From Acidimicrobiia bacterium (lineage in GTDB: Bacteria > Actinomycetota > Acidimicrobiia > Spongiisociales > SHLN01), in assembly GCA_041619515.1 (NCBI GenBank), contig JBFKDW010000029.1, positions 1-32,150 of the forward strand: a DNA stretch of 32,150 nt. Reading direction: 5' to 3'. Numbering within the stretch: the stretch's first letter is position 1; every line of letters starts with the position of its first letter. Below the pieces are notes generated by a model. It saw only the letters and a list, made by a program, of their open reading frames with translations. It ran no database searches and was not told the DNA's origin. Position numbers and translations under genes: made by a program. Positions 17,934 through 28,838 of the stretch are shown piece after piece.

Positions 17934-19289
17934 ATGGCCGAAAACGAGCGTCTCCCGCCGACATGGGTGGAATCCGACCGGGTGATCCCAACCAGGTTCG
18001 CCCGCCCCCTGCTTCGGTTTACCCAGCTGGAAGCCGCCTCCGGGATCGTGCTGCTCGCAGCCGCGATAGTCGCGGTCCTCTGGGCCAATCTCGGCATCTT
18101 TGGCGACAGCTACACGAGGTTCTGGGAAACCCAGCTCGACTTTTCGCTGGGAGGCTTCCATGTCGAGGAGGACTTGAAGCACATCGTCAACGACGGCCTC
18201 ATGACCATCTTCTTCTTCGTCGTGGGTCTGGAGATCAAGCGGGAGCTGCGAATCGGCGACCTGCGAGACCCGAAGGCGGCAGCGTTGCCGGCCATCGCCG
18301 CCCTCGGCGGCATGATCGCCCCGGCTCTCCTCTACCTTGCGTTCAATGCCGGCACCGACGCCGCTCGCGGGTGGGGCATCCCGATGGCCACCGACATTGC
18401 GTTTGCGGTGGGGGTGGTGGCGCTGCTCGGCTCGCGCGTGCCCAGCACGGCCAAGCTGTTCCTGCTCGCCCTTGCGATCGCAGACGACATCGGGGCCATC
18501 GTCGTGATCGCCGTGTTCTACACCGACGACCTGAGCCTGCCGTGGCTGGCAATCGCGCTGGCGCTGCTCGTGATCATCTACGGCGCCAAGCGGAACAACG
18601 TCCGCAACTTCGGCTTCTACTGGGTGGTGGGGATCGCGGTCTGGTTCGCCGTCTTCGAATCGGGAGTTCACGCCACGCTGGCCGGTGTCGCCCTCGGCCT
18701 CATGACCCCGGCCGGCGCCTACTACGCAGGACGCGAATACGACCGCAAGGCGAGGGAGACCCTCGACCTCTTCGCCGCGGATGATTCGACCACTCCCGCC
18801 CGCGAGCAGGTCGAGCACGAGGCGCTCCAGCTGGCCACGGTGGCCAAGGAGTCGGTGTCCCCGCTCACGCGACTGGAGGAATCCATCCATCCCTGGTCGT
18901 CGTTCGTTGTGATCCCGATCTTCGCACTCGCCAATGCCGGTGTCGTGTTTGCCGACATCGGCCTGGCCGATGCCATCACCAGCTCCGTGTCGTTGGGGGT
19001 ATCGCTTGGATTGGTGGCAGGCAAGATCATCGGCATCACACTGTTCACATGGATCGCGCTTCGCATCGGCGTCGGGGTCTTCCCCAGAGGAACCGGCTGG
19101 GCCGACATCGTCGGGCTGTCGGCACTGGCCGGGATCGGGTTCACGGTTTCCCTGTTCATCACCGAGCTCGCCTTTGACAACCCGATCCTGGCCGACCAGG
19201 CCAAGATCGGCATCTTCCTCGGCTCGTTTGTCGCCGGAGTCATCGGCTACGGGTTGCTTCGTATCAAACCGAACGGGGGCGCCGCTTAG
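17934..19289 (+). CDS. nhaA: Na+/H+ antiporter NhaA, 451 aa
   Basis: VNDGLMTIFFFVVGLEIKRE, GWGIPMATDIAFA, LAIADDIGA (twin Asp), SGVHATLAGV, PIFALANAGV, GKIIG, GIGFTVSLFI. Confidence 0.96.
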   Translation: MAENERLPPTWVESDRVIPTRFARPLLRFTQLEAASGIVLLAAAIVAVLWANLGIFGDSYTRFWETQLDFSLGGFHVEEDLKHIVNDGLMTIFFFVVGLEIKRELRIGDLRDPKAAALPAIAALGGMIAPALLYLAFNAGTDAARGWGIPMATDIAFAVGVVALLGSRVPSTAKLFLLALAIADDIGAIVVIAVFYTDDLSLPWLAIALALLVIIYGAKRNNVRNFGFYWVVGIAVWFAVFESGVHATLAGVALGLMTPAGAYYAGREYDRKARETLDLFAADDSTTPAREQVEHEALQLATVAKESVSPLTRLEESIHPWSSFVVIPIFALANAGVVFADIGLADAITSSVSLGVSLGLVAGKIIGITLFTWIALRIGVGVFPRGTGWADIVGLSALAGIGFTVSLFITELAFDNPILADQAKIGIFLGSFVAGVIGYGLLRIKPNGGAA

Positions 19290-19293
19290 GCGC

Positions 19294-21243
19294 CTATGGG
19301 GCGATCGCCCCCGGCTGACCCTGCAGCACGTCTCCCACATACCGGCCGTTCCATTCGCCGATCTCGTCCCGGGCCAGCGCCCCCGCAGGCTCGTCGAGGC
19401 GCCAGTATCCGACCGGCCCGGCCTCGAGCACCAGCTGCCCGTACTCGGCCGGGTCGCCGATGGCGTCGTAGTGATTCTCGATCTCCGCCCGCGACAAGAC
19501 CCGGTCGTAGATGGCGACCTCGTCGATGCCTCCGACAAACCCGGCCCGGTACCCGTTGCCGATGATCCAGGGCAGCGACGACTCGGACGGCGATTTGGTG
19601 ATGGTCTGGGAATTGGTTTGCTCGCCGTCAATGTAGAACCGCAGGAGGCCTCCGCTTCCCGAGACATCACGGGTTATCACCACGTGGCTCCACTCGCCGG
19701 AAGGCAAGATCGTGACCGAGCCAAACCTGAGGTAGGTTCCATCGCAGCAATTGCCTCCAGATTCGCCGTGGAAGTAGTTCAGGCGGCCATCCTCCTCGTG
19801 GATGATCAGTCCTTCCCCGGAGTAGGCCTTCCCCAGGACCACCCGCCGCACAGACAGATCCTCCGGGCGGAGCCACATCTCCAATGTCATGTCGTCCGCC
19901 AGCCCGGGGATGTCGCCGACCTCGACCGATCCGGATAGAAACTCGGCTGCCGAGCCGGGGACCGGCTCCGGCAGCCGGAACGGGAAGGTCATGGTCTCGG
20001 TGGCCGTCAGCTCGAACTCATCGGTGTAGGTCACCGTGATGGCGTACTCGGATCCCGCCAACTCGGCGCCGGACGGAGCCACCGAAATCGGGTTTCCGGA
20101 TTCGATGGCAACCTCGGAAACCTCACAGGCGCCCTCCGCGGTGCACTGACGGGACTCGAGCCGCCACCGCACGTCCCGGGGCTGCACGGGCGCGTCGTCG
20201 ACCACGGCAGCGGCGATTTCCAGCGGGAAGCCATCGGTGATCGTGAGACCGGGCGGAGGTTCGACAATCGCAACTTCGGGCGCAACGCTCCCGGCCCTGG
20301 TCTCGTCCAGCCCGTCCAGGGCCGGGATCGTGTAGCTGGTGATAGCCGGTTGCAGCCCGGACTGCACGATGGTGAGCTCATCCCCTCCGGCTGTCAGGCC
20401 GGTCGCCCCGGTGAGGTCGCCGCCGGCCACCTGGGCGATGCATGGCGCCGAGGCAACCGCCCCTGCCACGGTTTCGCCCGGAGGGCGTTGCCAGATTGCG
20501 ACATCGAACGGGGTCGTCACCGCTATCACCCGGCCGTTCGGGGAAATGTCCGCATCCGTCACCGTGGTGCCGACTCCGGCGACCGCCACCAGATCGCCGA
20601 CTCCGCCTTCAGCCAGCGGCGCCTGGCCACGGAACAGTATGGAACGGCGCCTCCCGGTGGCGATCACGTACAAATCTCCGGTCTCGCCATCCACCATCAG
20701 GGCGGATGCCTGCGGGCGCTGGCCCGACGCCGAGAACCGGAGCACGGTGGGCTCGTCCTCAAGTGCGGGACCGGCGGGGTCCGGTTCTTCGAATCGGAGG
20801 ACCGTGAGCACCTCGGCAGCAAGGTCTGTGTCTTCGAGCACCAGGTACATGAAGTCTTGATCCGCCGTCCGTCCGGGGCCGATCGCCAGATCGACGACCT
20901 CTTCAATCTCAGCGGGAAGGGTGACCGACCCGAGGGGGTCCCCGCCGTCGCGACGCACCGCCCACAACCGGAGCTCACCGCGGACGTCGCCGATGAACCA
21001 GCTCACACCGTCATGACTCCGGCTCGTTGCCAGGCCGATGACACCCGAGATCTCTCCGGTTGCCAGCTCCGAATGCTCGGACGCGAAGGGCTCACCGCAT
21101 CGCACCGCCGCCGGGTCGCCGAGGGTGGTGGTGACAGCCGTGTCCGGTCCGGCCACCTGGCTGCACGCGGCCGCCACCAGCGCCAGCACTACCCCCGGCA
21201 GCAGTCGGCGGAAGCCGACGGCGCTCCTGCGACTACGACTCAC
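19294..21243 (-). CDS. Lipoprotein: beta-propeller-like N-terminal domain, Ig/PKD-like linker and C-terminal LamG-like domain, 649 aa
   Basis: Basic N-terminus plus lipobox-like LVAAAC. LamG motifs TLEMWLRP, WSHVVIT, FYIDG, IIGNG, FVGGIDEVAIYDRVLS, PVGYWRLDE. Confidence 0.85.
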   Translation of the reverse strand: MSRSRRSAVGFRRLLPGVVLALVAAACSQVAGPDTAVTTTLGDPAAVRCGEPFASEHSELATGEISGVIGLATSRSHDGVSWFIGDVRGELRLWAVRRDGGDPLGSVTLPAEIEEVVDLAIGPGRTADQDFMYLVLEDTDLAAEVLTVLRFEEPDPAGPALEDEPTVLRFSASGQRPQASALMVDGETGDLYVIATGRRRSILFRGQAPLAEGGVGDLVAVAGVGTTVTDADISPNGRVIAVTTPFDVAIWQRPPGETVAGAVASAPCIAQVAGGDLTGATGLTAGGDELTIVQSGLQPAITSYTIPALDGLDETRAGSVAPEVAIVEPPPGLTITDGFPLEIAAAVVDDAPVQPRDVRWRLESRQCTAEGACEVSEVAIESGNPISVAPSGAELAGSEYAITVTYTDEFELTATETMTFPFRLPEPVPGSAAEFLSGSVEVGDIPGLADDMTLEMWLRPEDLSVRRVVLGKAYSGEGLIIHEEDGRLNYFHGESGGNCCDGTYLRFGSVTILPSGEWSHVVITRDVSGSGGLLRFYIDGEQTNSQTITKSPSESSLPWIIGNGYRAGFVGGIDEVAIYDRVLSRAEIENHYDAIGDPAEYGQLVLEAGPVGYWRLDEPAGALARDEIGEWNGRYVGDVLQGQPGAIAP

Positions 21244-21302
21244 GATCGGATCGCCCGGCCAGAGACGGGAGGGGGCCCGTCAACCGAGCCACGGATTGTC
21301 AC
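21240..21302 (-). CDS. Putative 20-aa upstream ORF (MTIRGSVDGPPPVSGRAIRS) coupled to the lipoprotein gene
   Basis: TATGTT -10 candidate (21334-21329); GAGGAG (21314-21309) 6 nt before GTG 21302; TGA overlaps the lipoprotein GTG (GTGA). Confidence 0.35.
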   Translation of the reverse strand: MTIRGSVDGPPPVSGRAIRS

Positions 21303-21455
21303 CACAGACTCCTCTTCCCGGTCTGGTCAACATACAACGGAATCTCATTCATGGATGGTGTCATCCGGCGATGGTGATCCTGCCGCGGGCTGCGGAGCGT
21401 CGGGCACCGGGACCTCGTGCCGCCCGCCCCCCGCCGGTCGAGCGGCTTGGTTGGT

Positions 21456-21461
21456 TATACT
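21456..21461 (+). promoter_or_regulatory. Putative housekeeping -10 element (TATACT) for hppA
   Basis: TATACT ending 37 nt before GTG 21499; GGAG SD at 21487-21490. Confidence 0.5.
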
Positions 21462-21498
21462 CCCGCACCGATTTCCGAGCCGTTTTGGAGCTGTTTCT

Positions 21499-23565
<2,067 letters not shown>

Positions 23566-23612
23566 CCGGTCGCCAACCCGAGCTTGGGGCACCCGTGCGC
23601 GAGACTTGGGCC

Positions 23613-24848
23613 ATGGAGATCACCATCGTGCGCCACGGCCAGTCCGAATCCAACCGCAGCGGGCTGTGGCAGGGGCAAGGCGACTCGCCGCTGTCGGCGG
23701 AGGGACGGATCCAGGCCGGAGCGCTCGCCTACCGTCTGGAAGGGCGAAGCTACGACCTGGTTGTGTCCTCCGATTTGCAGCGGGCAGCCGATACCGCCGG
23801 CCTTCTCGGGCTCGACGCAGAGATCGATCCTGCCTGGCGAGAGCTGCACATCGGCAGCTGGGAGGGCCGTTCGCGGGAGGACGTCATGGCCGACGACGGT
23901 GAAGCCCTGGCCGCTGTGCGCGCCGGCGAGGACGTCAGGCTGGGCGGCGGGGAGAGCTTGCGGGAATTCGACGAGCGAGTCGGCGCCGCATTCGACAAGC
24001 TGCAGGCCCGGCTCGGCCCCGACGATCGTGCCCTGGTCGTCGCCCACGGCGGAGTCATCGCCTCCCTGACTCGCAATGTGCTCGGTCAGGCCAGAAACCT
24101 CTGGACGGGGTTCGGCCCGCTCGAGAACACATCCCTGACACGGTTTCGCGTCTACTCCTCGGGTCCCATGCTCATCAGTTACAACGACGCCACGCATCTC
24201 GGGCCGCTCAACCGCTGGACGCGGGAGCGACACGACGAAGGCAACACGCTGCTGACACTGATACGCCATGGACAGACCGATGCCAACATCGATGATCGCT
24301 GGCAGGGAGTGACCGACGGGGAGCTCACACTGGACGGTCGGGCCCAGGCGGCGGCGCTGGCCGGCTGGTACCCCGGGCTCGACTCCCTCTACTCCTCGCC
24401 GCTGCGCCGAGCCCAGGACACGGCGGCGGCGCTCGGCGAGGTCCTCGGTGTGCCGGTCGTATCCCACGAAGGCGTGATCGAGATGCACCTCGGGGACTGG
24501 GAGGACCTGACCACGCCGACGATTCAGGCCGAATGGGCTCATCTGTGGGAGCAGATCTACCACCAGGGCGAGGATCTTCCGCGCGGATCGACGGGCGAAT
24601 CCCTCACCGAGACGGCGGCGCGGATGGAAGCAGCGCTCCAGGAGCTCGCTCACCGCCACGCCGGTGCCCGGGTAGGGGTCGTGTCGCACGGCGGCGCCAT
24701 CCGCTCCTTCGTGCTCGATCGCCTCGGCATCGGTCACGAGGGACGCGATCGTCTCGCCTTCGTGGACAACACGGCCGTCACCCATGTGGTGATCAGCGAA
24801 GACTCCGCCACCATCGCCGACTACAACGTCGCCCCACACCTCGAGTAG
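23613..24848 (+). CDS. Tandem two-domain histidine phosphatase (phosphoglycerate mutase family), 411 aa
   Basis: Domain 1 IVRHGQSESN...SSDLQRA...VAHGG; domain 2 LIRHGQTDAN...SSPLRRA...VSHGG. Start at ATG 23613. Confidence 0.92.
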   Translation: MEITIVRHGQSESNRSGLWQGQGDSPLSAEGRIQAGALAYRLEGRSYDLVVSSDLQRAADTAGLLGLDAEIDPAWRELHIGSWEGRSREDVMADDGEALAAVRAGEDVRLGGGESLREFDERVGAAFDKLQARLGPDDRALVVAHGGVIASLTRNVLGQARNLWTGFGPLENTSLTRFRVYSSGPMLISYNDATHLGPLNRWTRERHDEGNTLLTLIRHGQTDANIDDRWQGVTDGELTLDGRAQAAALAGWYPGLDSLYSSPLRRAQDTAAALGEVLGVPVVSHEGVIEMHLGDWEDLTTPTIQAEWAHLWEQIYHQGEDLPRGSTGESLTETAARMEAALQELAHRHAGARVGVVSHGGAIRSFVLDRLGIGHEGRDRLAFVDNTAVTHVVISEDSATIADYNVAPHLE

Positions 24849-24950
24849 GGCGGCCCCCTCCCCAGTGGGGCGGCGCTTCGACGCCCTGTCCCGAAGGGTC
24901 GGATGGAGCGGGGCCAGGGGTTCTGGGTGGGGCCTCCCTAGCCTGCCGCT

Positions 24951-26033
24951 ATGCGCCTCCTGCTCATCACCAACGACTACTTGCCGAAAGCGGGTGGGAT
25001 TCAGCAATACCTCGGCAATCTCGTCGAGCGCTACGACGGCCCGGTGCAGGTGCTCGGGCCGCGGGACGACGCAGCCGAGCGCGACGCCCAGGTGATCAGA
25101 AACAAGCGGCGGTTCATGTGGCCGACCCGCAGAACCCGCGCCTGGATCGAGGAGCAGGCCCGGCGGTTCAACCCGGACGTCATGGTCTTCGGCGCGCCCT
25201 ACCCGCTCCCGACCCTCGGCCCGGCGCTCCGCACGTCTCTCGGCGTCCCGTACGGCGTCATCGCCCACGGGGCCGAGGTCACCGTCCCCGCCGCCCTGCC
25301 CGGGTTCCGCCAGCTGCTGGCCGGGCCGCTCAAGTCTGCCGACGTCATCTTTGCCAACAGCCGCTGGACCAGCCGGAGGGTGGAGCGACTGACGAAACGC
25401 CCTGTCACCTACCTCGGTATCGGCGTGGACGGCGATACCTTCTACCCGGCCGATGGGCGCTGGAGCGGCGCCGAGGTGGTCGTTGGCTGCGTGAGCCGCT
25501 TCATTCCCCGCAAGGGCCACGCCGAGGTGCTACATGCCGTTGCCGAGCTCAGGTCCTCCGGGCACGAGATCAGAGCCAAGATCATCGGGCGGGGCAGGCT
25601 GGAGGGCAGGCTCCGCAAGGTGGCGGAGACCCTCGATGTTCCCACCGACTTCCATGTCGACATCCCGTGGAGCGAGCTCGCACGCCGCTATCGCGAGATG
25701 GACATATTCGCCATGCCGTGCCGAAGCCGCTGGCTCGGTCTCGAACAGGAGGGCCTGGGGATCGTCTTTCTCGAGGCGGCTGCGAGCGGGCTCCCGGTCG
25801 TCGTCGGCGCCTCGGGTGGAGCCCCCGAGACGGTGCTCCCGGGACGCACCGGGTTCGTTGTTCACGACCGTGACGGGCTGGTCGAAGCCCTGCACATGCT
25901 GGTGGGCGATCGATCCCGTGCCCGGCACATGGGGGAAGCCGGCCGACGATTCGTGGAAGCGACCTATGCGTGGGATGGGGTGATGGAACGCCTTAGGTCT
26001 GGCCTGGAACTGGCCGTAAAGAACGCGAGTTAG
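24951..26033 (+). CDS. pimB: GT4 glycosyltransferase, PimB'-like phosphatidylinositol mannoside mannosyltransferase, 360 aa
   Basis: LLITNDYLPKAGGIQQY, HGAE, VSRFIPRKG, EGLGIVFLEAAASGLPVVVGASGGAPETV resemble actinobacterial PimB'. TAGCCT lies 6 nt before the ATG. GT4 is secure; the specific function is less so. Confidence 0.78.
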   Translation: MRLLLITNDYLPKAGGIQQYLGNLVERYDGPVQVLGPRDDAAERDAQVIRNKRRFMWPTRRTRAWIEEQARRFNPDVMVFGAPYPLPTLGPALRTSLGVPYGVIAHGAEVTVPAALPGFRQLLAGPLKSADVIFANSRWTSRRVERLTKRPVTYLGIGVDGDTFYPADGRWSGAEVVVGCVSRFIPRKGHAEVLHAVAELRSSGHEIRAKIIGRGRLEGRLRKVAETLDVPTDFHVDIPWSELARRYREMDIFAMPCRSRWLGLEQEGLGIVFLEAAASGLPVVVGASGGAPETVLPGRTGFVVHDRDGLVEALHMLVGDRSRARHMGEAGRRFVEATYAWDGVMERLRSGLELAVKNAS

Positions 26034-26058
26034 ATCAGGTGCGGGATACTGTCGCCCC

Positions 26059-26087
26059 TTGACACGGGCGGTCCAACCCCGTAGACA
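26059..26087 (+). promoter_or_regulatory. Putative sigma70-type promoter TTGACA-N17-TAGACA for topA
   Basis: Perfect -35, 17-nt spacer, near-consensus -10; AGGAG SD at 26101-26105. Confidence 0.55.
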
Positions 26088-26109
26088 GTCGCCTTCTGAC
26101 AGGAGTTCC

Positions 26110-28695
26110 ATGACGAAGCCGCTCGTCATCGTCGAGTCACCGGCCAAAGCGAGGACCATATCCGGGTTCCTTGGCGACGGCTACGTGGTCGAATCGAGCA
26201 TCGGCCACATCCGGGATCTGCCGCGCAATGCGGCCGAAGTCCCGCCGTCCCACAAGTCTGAGCCATGGGCCCGGCTGGGGGTCGACACGGAGAACGACTT
26301 CAAACCGCTCTACGTCGTTCCCAAGGACAAGAAGGACCAGGTCAAGAAGCTCAGAGGTCTGCTCAAAGACGCCAGCGAGCTTTACCTCGCCACCGACGAA
26401 GATCGCGAAGGTGAGTCCATCGCCTGGCACTTGCTCGAGACCCTCAACCCAAAAGTTCCGGTAAAACGGATGGTGTTCCACGAAATCACTGCCCCCGCCA
26501 TCGAGGAAGCCATCGAGAACTCGCGTGACCTCGACCGGCACCTCGTCGACGCCCAGGAAGCCCGTCGCATACTCGACCGCCTCGTCGGATACGAGGTTTC
26601 GCCCGTGCTGTGGAAGATGGTTCGCCCCAAGCTGTCGGCCGGCCGGGTCCAGAGCCCGGCGGTCCGGATCATCGTGGAACGCGAGCGCGAGCGGATGCAG
26701 TTTCGGATGGCGAGCTACTGGGACCTCGAAGGCACCTTTTCCACCCGCCCGGGCAGCACCGAAGAAAGCGCGTTCGGTGCCAAGCTGCTCACCCTCGACG
26801 GCACCAGGCTCGCCACCGGCAAAGACTTCTCGCTGACCGGTGAGCTTTCCACGGAAAAAGACGTGCTCCTTCTCGACGAGGCGGCTGCCAATCGGCTCGC
26901 AGGAGAGCTGGAGGCAGCCGACTTCGCGGTGCGGTCGGTAGAGCGCAAGCCATACACGAAGAAGCCGGCTGCCCCGTTCCGCACCTCCACCCTGCAGCAG
27001 GAGGCCGGCCGCAAGCTCCGCTTCGCAGCCGCCCGCACCATGTCGATTGCTCAACGGCTCTACGAGAACGGCTACATCACCTACATGCGGACCGACAGCA
27101 CCACCCTGTCGGAGACCGCGATCGAAGCCGCCCGCACCCAGGCAGTCGAGCTCTACGGGGCCGGCTCCGTGCCGGACGAGCCGAGGATCTACACGTCCAA
27201 AGTGAAGAATGCGCAGGAAGCCCACGAGGCGATCCGCCCCGCCGGCGACGTGTTCCGAACCCCTGCCGAGGTTGCCGCCGAGGTTGGCGCCGACGAATCG
27301 GGCCTCTACGAGCTGATCTGGAAGCGGACGGTGGCCTCGCAGATGAAGGACGCCAAAGGCGAACGGGTTCAGGTACGCCTCGGCGCAGTCACCGATGGCG
27401 GCCGCGAGGCCGTGTTCGGCGCCGGAGGCCTGATCATCACGTTCCCCGGTTTCATGCAGGCCTACGTTGAGGCGTCCGACAACGGCGAGGGCAACGGCAA
27501 CGACGTCGAGCGCCGGCTTCCCGCCATGGCCGAGGGCGATCCCCTCGACGTCGTGGAGCTCGCATCCAGCGGCCACGAGACCAAACCGCCCGCCCGCTAT
27601 ACAGAAGCGAGCCTGGTGCGGCGGCTCGAGGAGCTGTCCATCGGACGCCCATCGACCTACGCCTCCATCATCTCCACCATCCAGGATCGGGGCTACGTCT
27701 GGAAGAAAGGGACCGCGCTGGTTCCATCGTTCACGGCATTCGCAACGGTGACGCTGTTGGAGACCCACTTCCCTGAGTTCGTGGATTTCGCGTTCACGGC
27801 CCGGATGGAGGACGACCTCGACCGCATCGCCCGCGGCGAGACCGAGGCCATCCCCTGGCTGTCCGGGTTCTACTTCGGCAACGGCCGTCCCGGGCTCCAC
27901 CAGCTCGTCACCGAGCAGCTGGGGGAGATGGACCCTCGACAGTTGAACTCCATCGTCATCGGGGCGGACGAAAACGGCCAGAAGATCGAGGCCCGTTCGG
28001 GGCGGTACGGCCCCTTCCTGTCGCGCGGCGAAGACACGGCCCCGATTCCCGAGGATTTGGCCCCCGACGAGCTAACCGTGGAGAAGGCCGTCGAGCTGCT
28101 GGAAGCTCCCAGCGGGGACCGTTCCCTCGGGAGCGATCCGGCCACCGGCAAGAGCATCGTCGCCAAGACCGGACGCTACGGGCCCTACGTGGTCGTCGAA
28201 GAGCCGGAAGGCTCAAAGGAGAAGCCCAAGACGGCTTCGTTGTTCAAATCTATGAGCCTCGACACGATCACGCTGGAGGAGGCCCTGCGGCTGTTGTCAC
28301 TGCCGCGGCTGGTGGGCACCGATCCCGAAACAGGGGAGGACATCACCGCCCAGAACGGCCGGTACGGTCCCTACCTGAAGCGCGGGACCGACTCACGCAG
28401 CTTGGAGACCGAAGAGCAGTTGCTCGAGATCGATCTGGATGGCGCCCTCAAGGTGTTTGCACAGCCCAAACGCCGGGGGCGGGCGGCAAAGCCGCCGCTC
28501 AAGGAGCTCGGTCCCGACCCGGTGAGCAAAGCCGAGATGGTGGTGAAGGACGGCCGTTTCGGGCCGTATGTGACGGACGGCGAGTACAACGCCTCGCTGC
28601 GGGTCGGCGACACCGTCGACTCGATCACACCCGAGCGCGGCGCAGAGCTCCTCGCCGAACGTCGCGCCAAGGGCCCCGCCAAGAAGAAGAAGTAG
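26110..28695 (+). CDS. topA: DNA topoisomerase I, actinobacterial type with C-terminal Topo_C repeats, 861 aa
   Basis: LVIVESPAKA, LATDEDREGE, SAGRVQS, catalytic ITYMRTD, AQEAHEAIRP, GRPSTY, four GR(Y/F)GP(Y/F) repeats, Lys-rich end. Confidence 0.98.
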   Translation: MTKPLVIVESPAKARTISGFLGDGYVVESSIGHIRDLPRNAAEVPPSHKSEPWARLGVDTENDFKPLYVVPKDKKDQVKKLRGLLKDASELYLATDEDREGESIAWHLLETLNPKVPVKRMVFHEITAPAIEEAIENSRDLDRHLVDAQEARRILDRLVGYEVSPVLWKMVRPKLSAGRVQSPAVRIIVERERERMQFRMASYWDLEGTFSTRPGSTEESAFGAKLLTLDGTRLATGKDFSLTGELSTEKDVLLLDEAAANRLAGELEAADFAVRSVERKPYTKKPAAPFRTSTLQQEAGRKLRFAAARTMSIAQRLYENGYITYMRTDSTTLSETAIEAARTQAVELYGAGSVPDEPRIYTSKVKNAQEAHEAIRPAGDVFRTPAEVAAEVGADESGLYELIWKRTVASQMKDAKGERVQVRLGAVTDGGREAVFGAGGLIITFPGFMQAYVEASDNGEGNGNDVERRLPAMAEGDPLDVVELASSGHETKPPARYTEASLVRRLEELSIGRPSTYASIISTIQDRGYVWKKGTALVPSFTAFATVTLLETHFPEFVDFAFTARMEDDLDRIARGETEAIPWLSGFYFGNGRPGLHQLVTEQLGEMDPRQLNSIVIGADENGQKIEARSGRYGPFLSRGEDTAPIPEDLAPDELTVEKAVELLEAPSGDRSLGSDPATGKSIVAKTGRYGPYVVVEEPEGSKEKPKTASLFKSMSLDTITLEEALRLLSLPRLVGTDPETGEDITAQNGRYGPYLKRGTDSRSLETEEQLLEIDLDGALKVFAQPKRRGRAAKPPLKELGPDPVSKAEMVVKDGRFGPYVTDGEYNASLRVGDTVDSITPERGAELLAERRAKGPAKKKK

Positions 28696-28838
28696 CAGTA
28701 CCTCGCCGTCTCCGCGGGGACCGGGTGCCCGGCAGGGCGGGCATCGCGGCTCGACCGTGGAATGTGCGGCGGCCTGGAAGTGTGCCGGTGTGGAAGCCCG
28801 GTGATTCCGAGCCTTGGCGTTACGGCTAACGTCCTTTT

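Noticed and set aside
21367..21415. GGCGATGGTG upstream of hppA resembles the 5' end of a fluoride (crcB) riboswitch
   Set aside because: P1 pairs poorly, the 3' (C/U)(A/G)AUGAC..CU element is absent, and the likely -10 (21456) lies downstream. An Infernal search with the crcB model would settle it.
20350..21498. 1071-aa ORF suggesting a large N-terminal extension of HppA
   Set aside because: The extension is antisense to the lipoprotein gene; a -10, SD and GTG at 21456-21501 give a normal-sized enzyme.
28725..28744. Hairpin GTGCCCG-GCAGGG-CGGGCAT after topA
   Set aside because: A 7-bp stem with no U-tract is expected by chance at this GC content.
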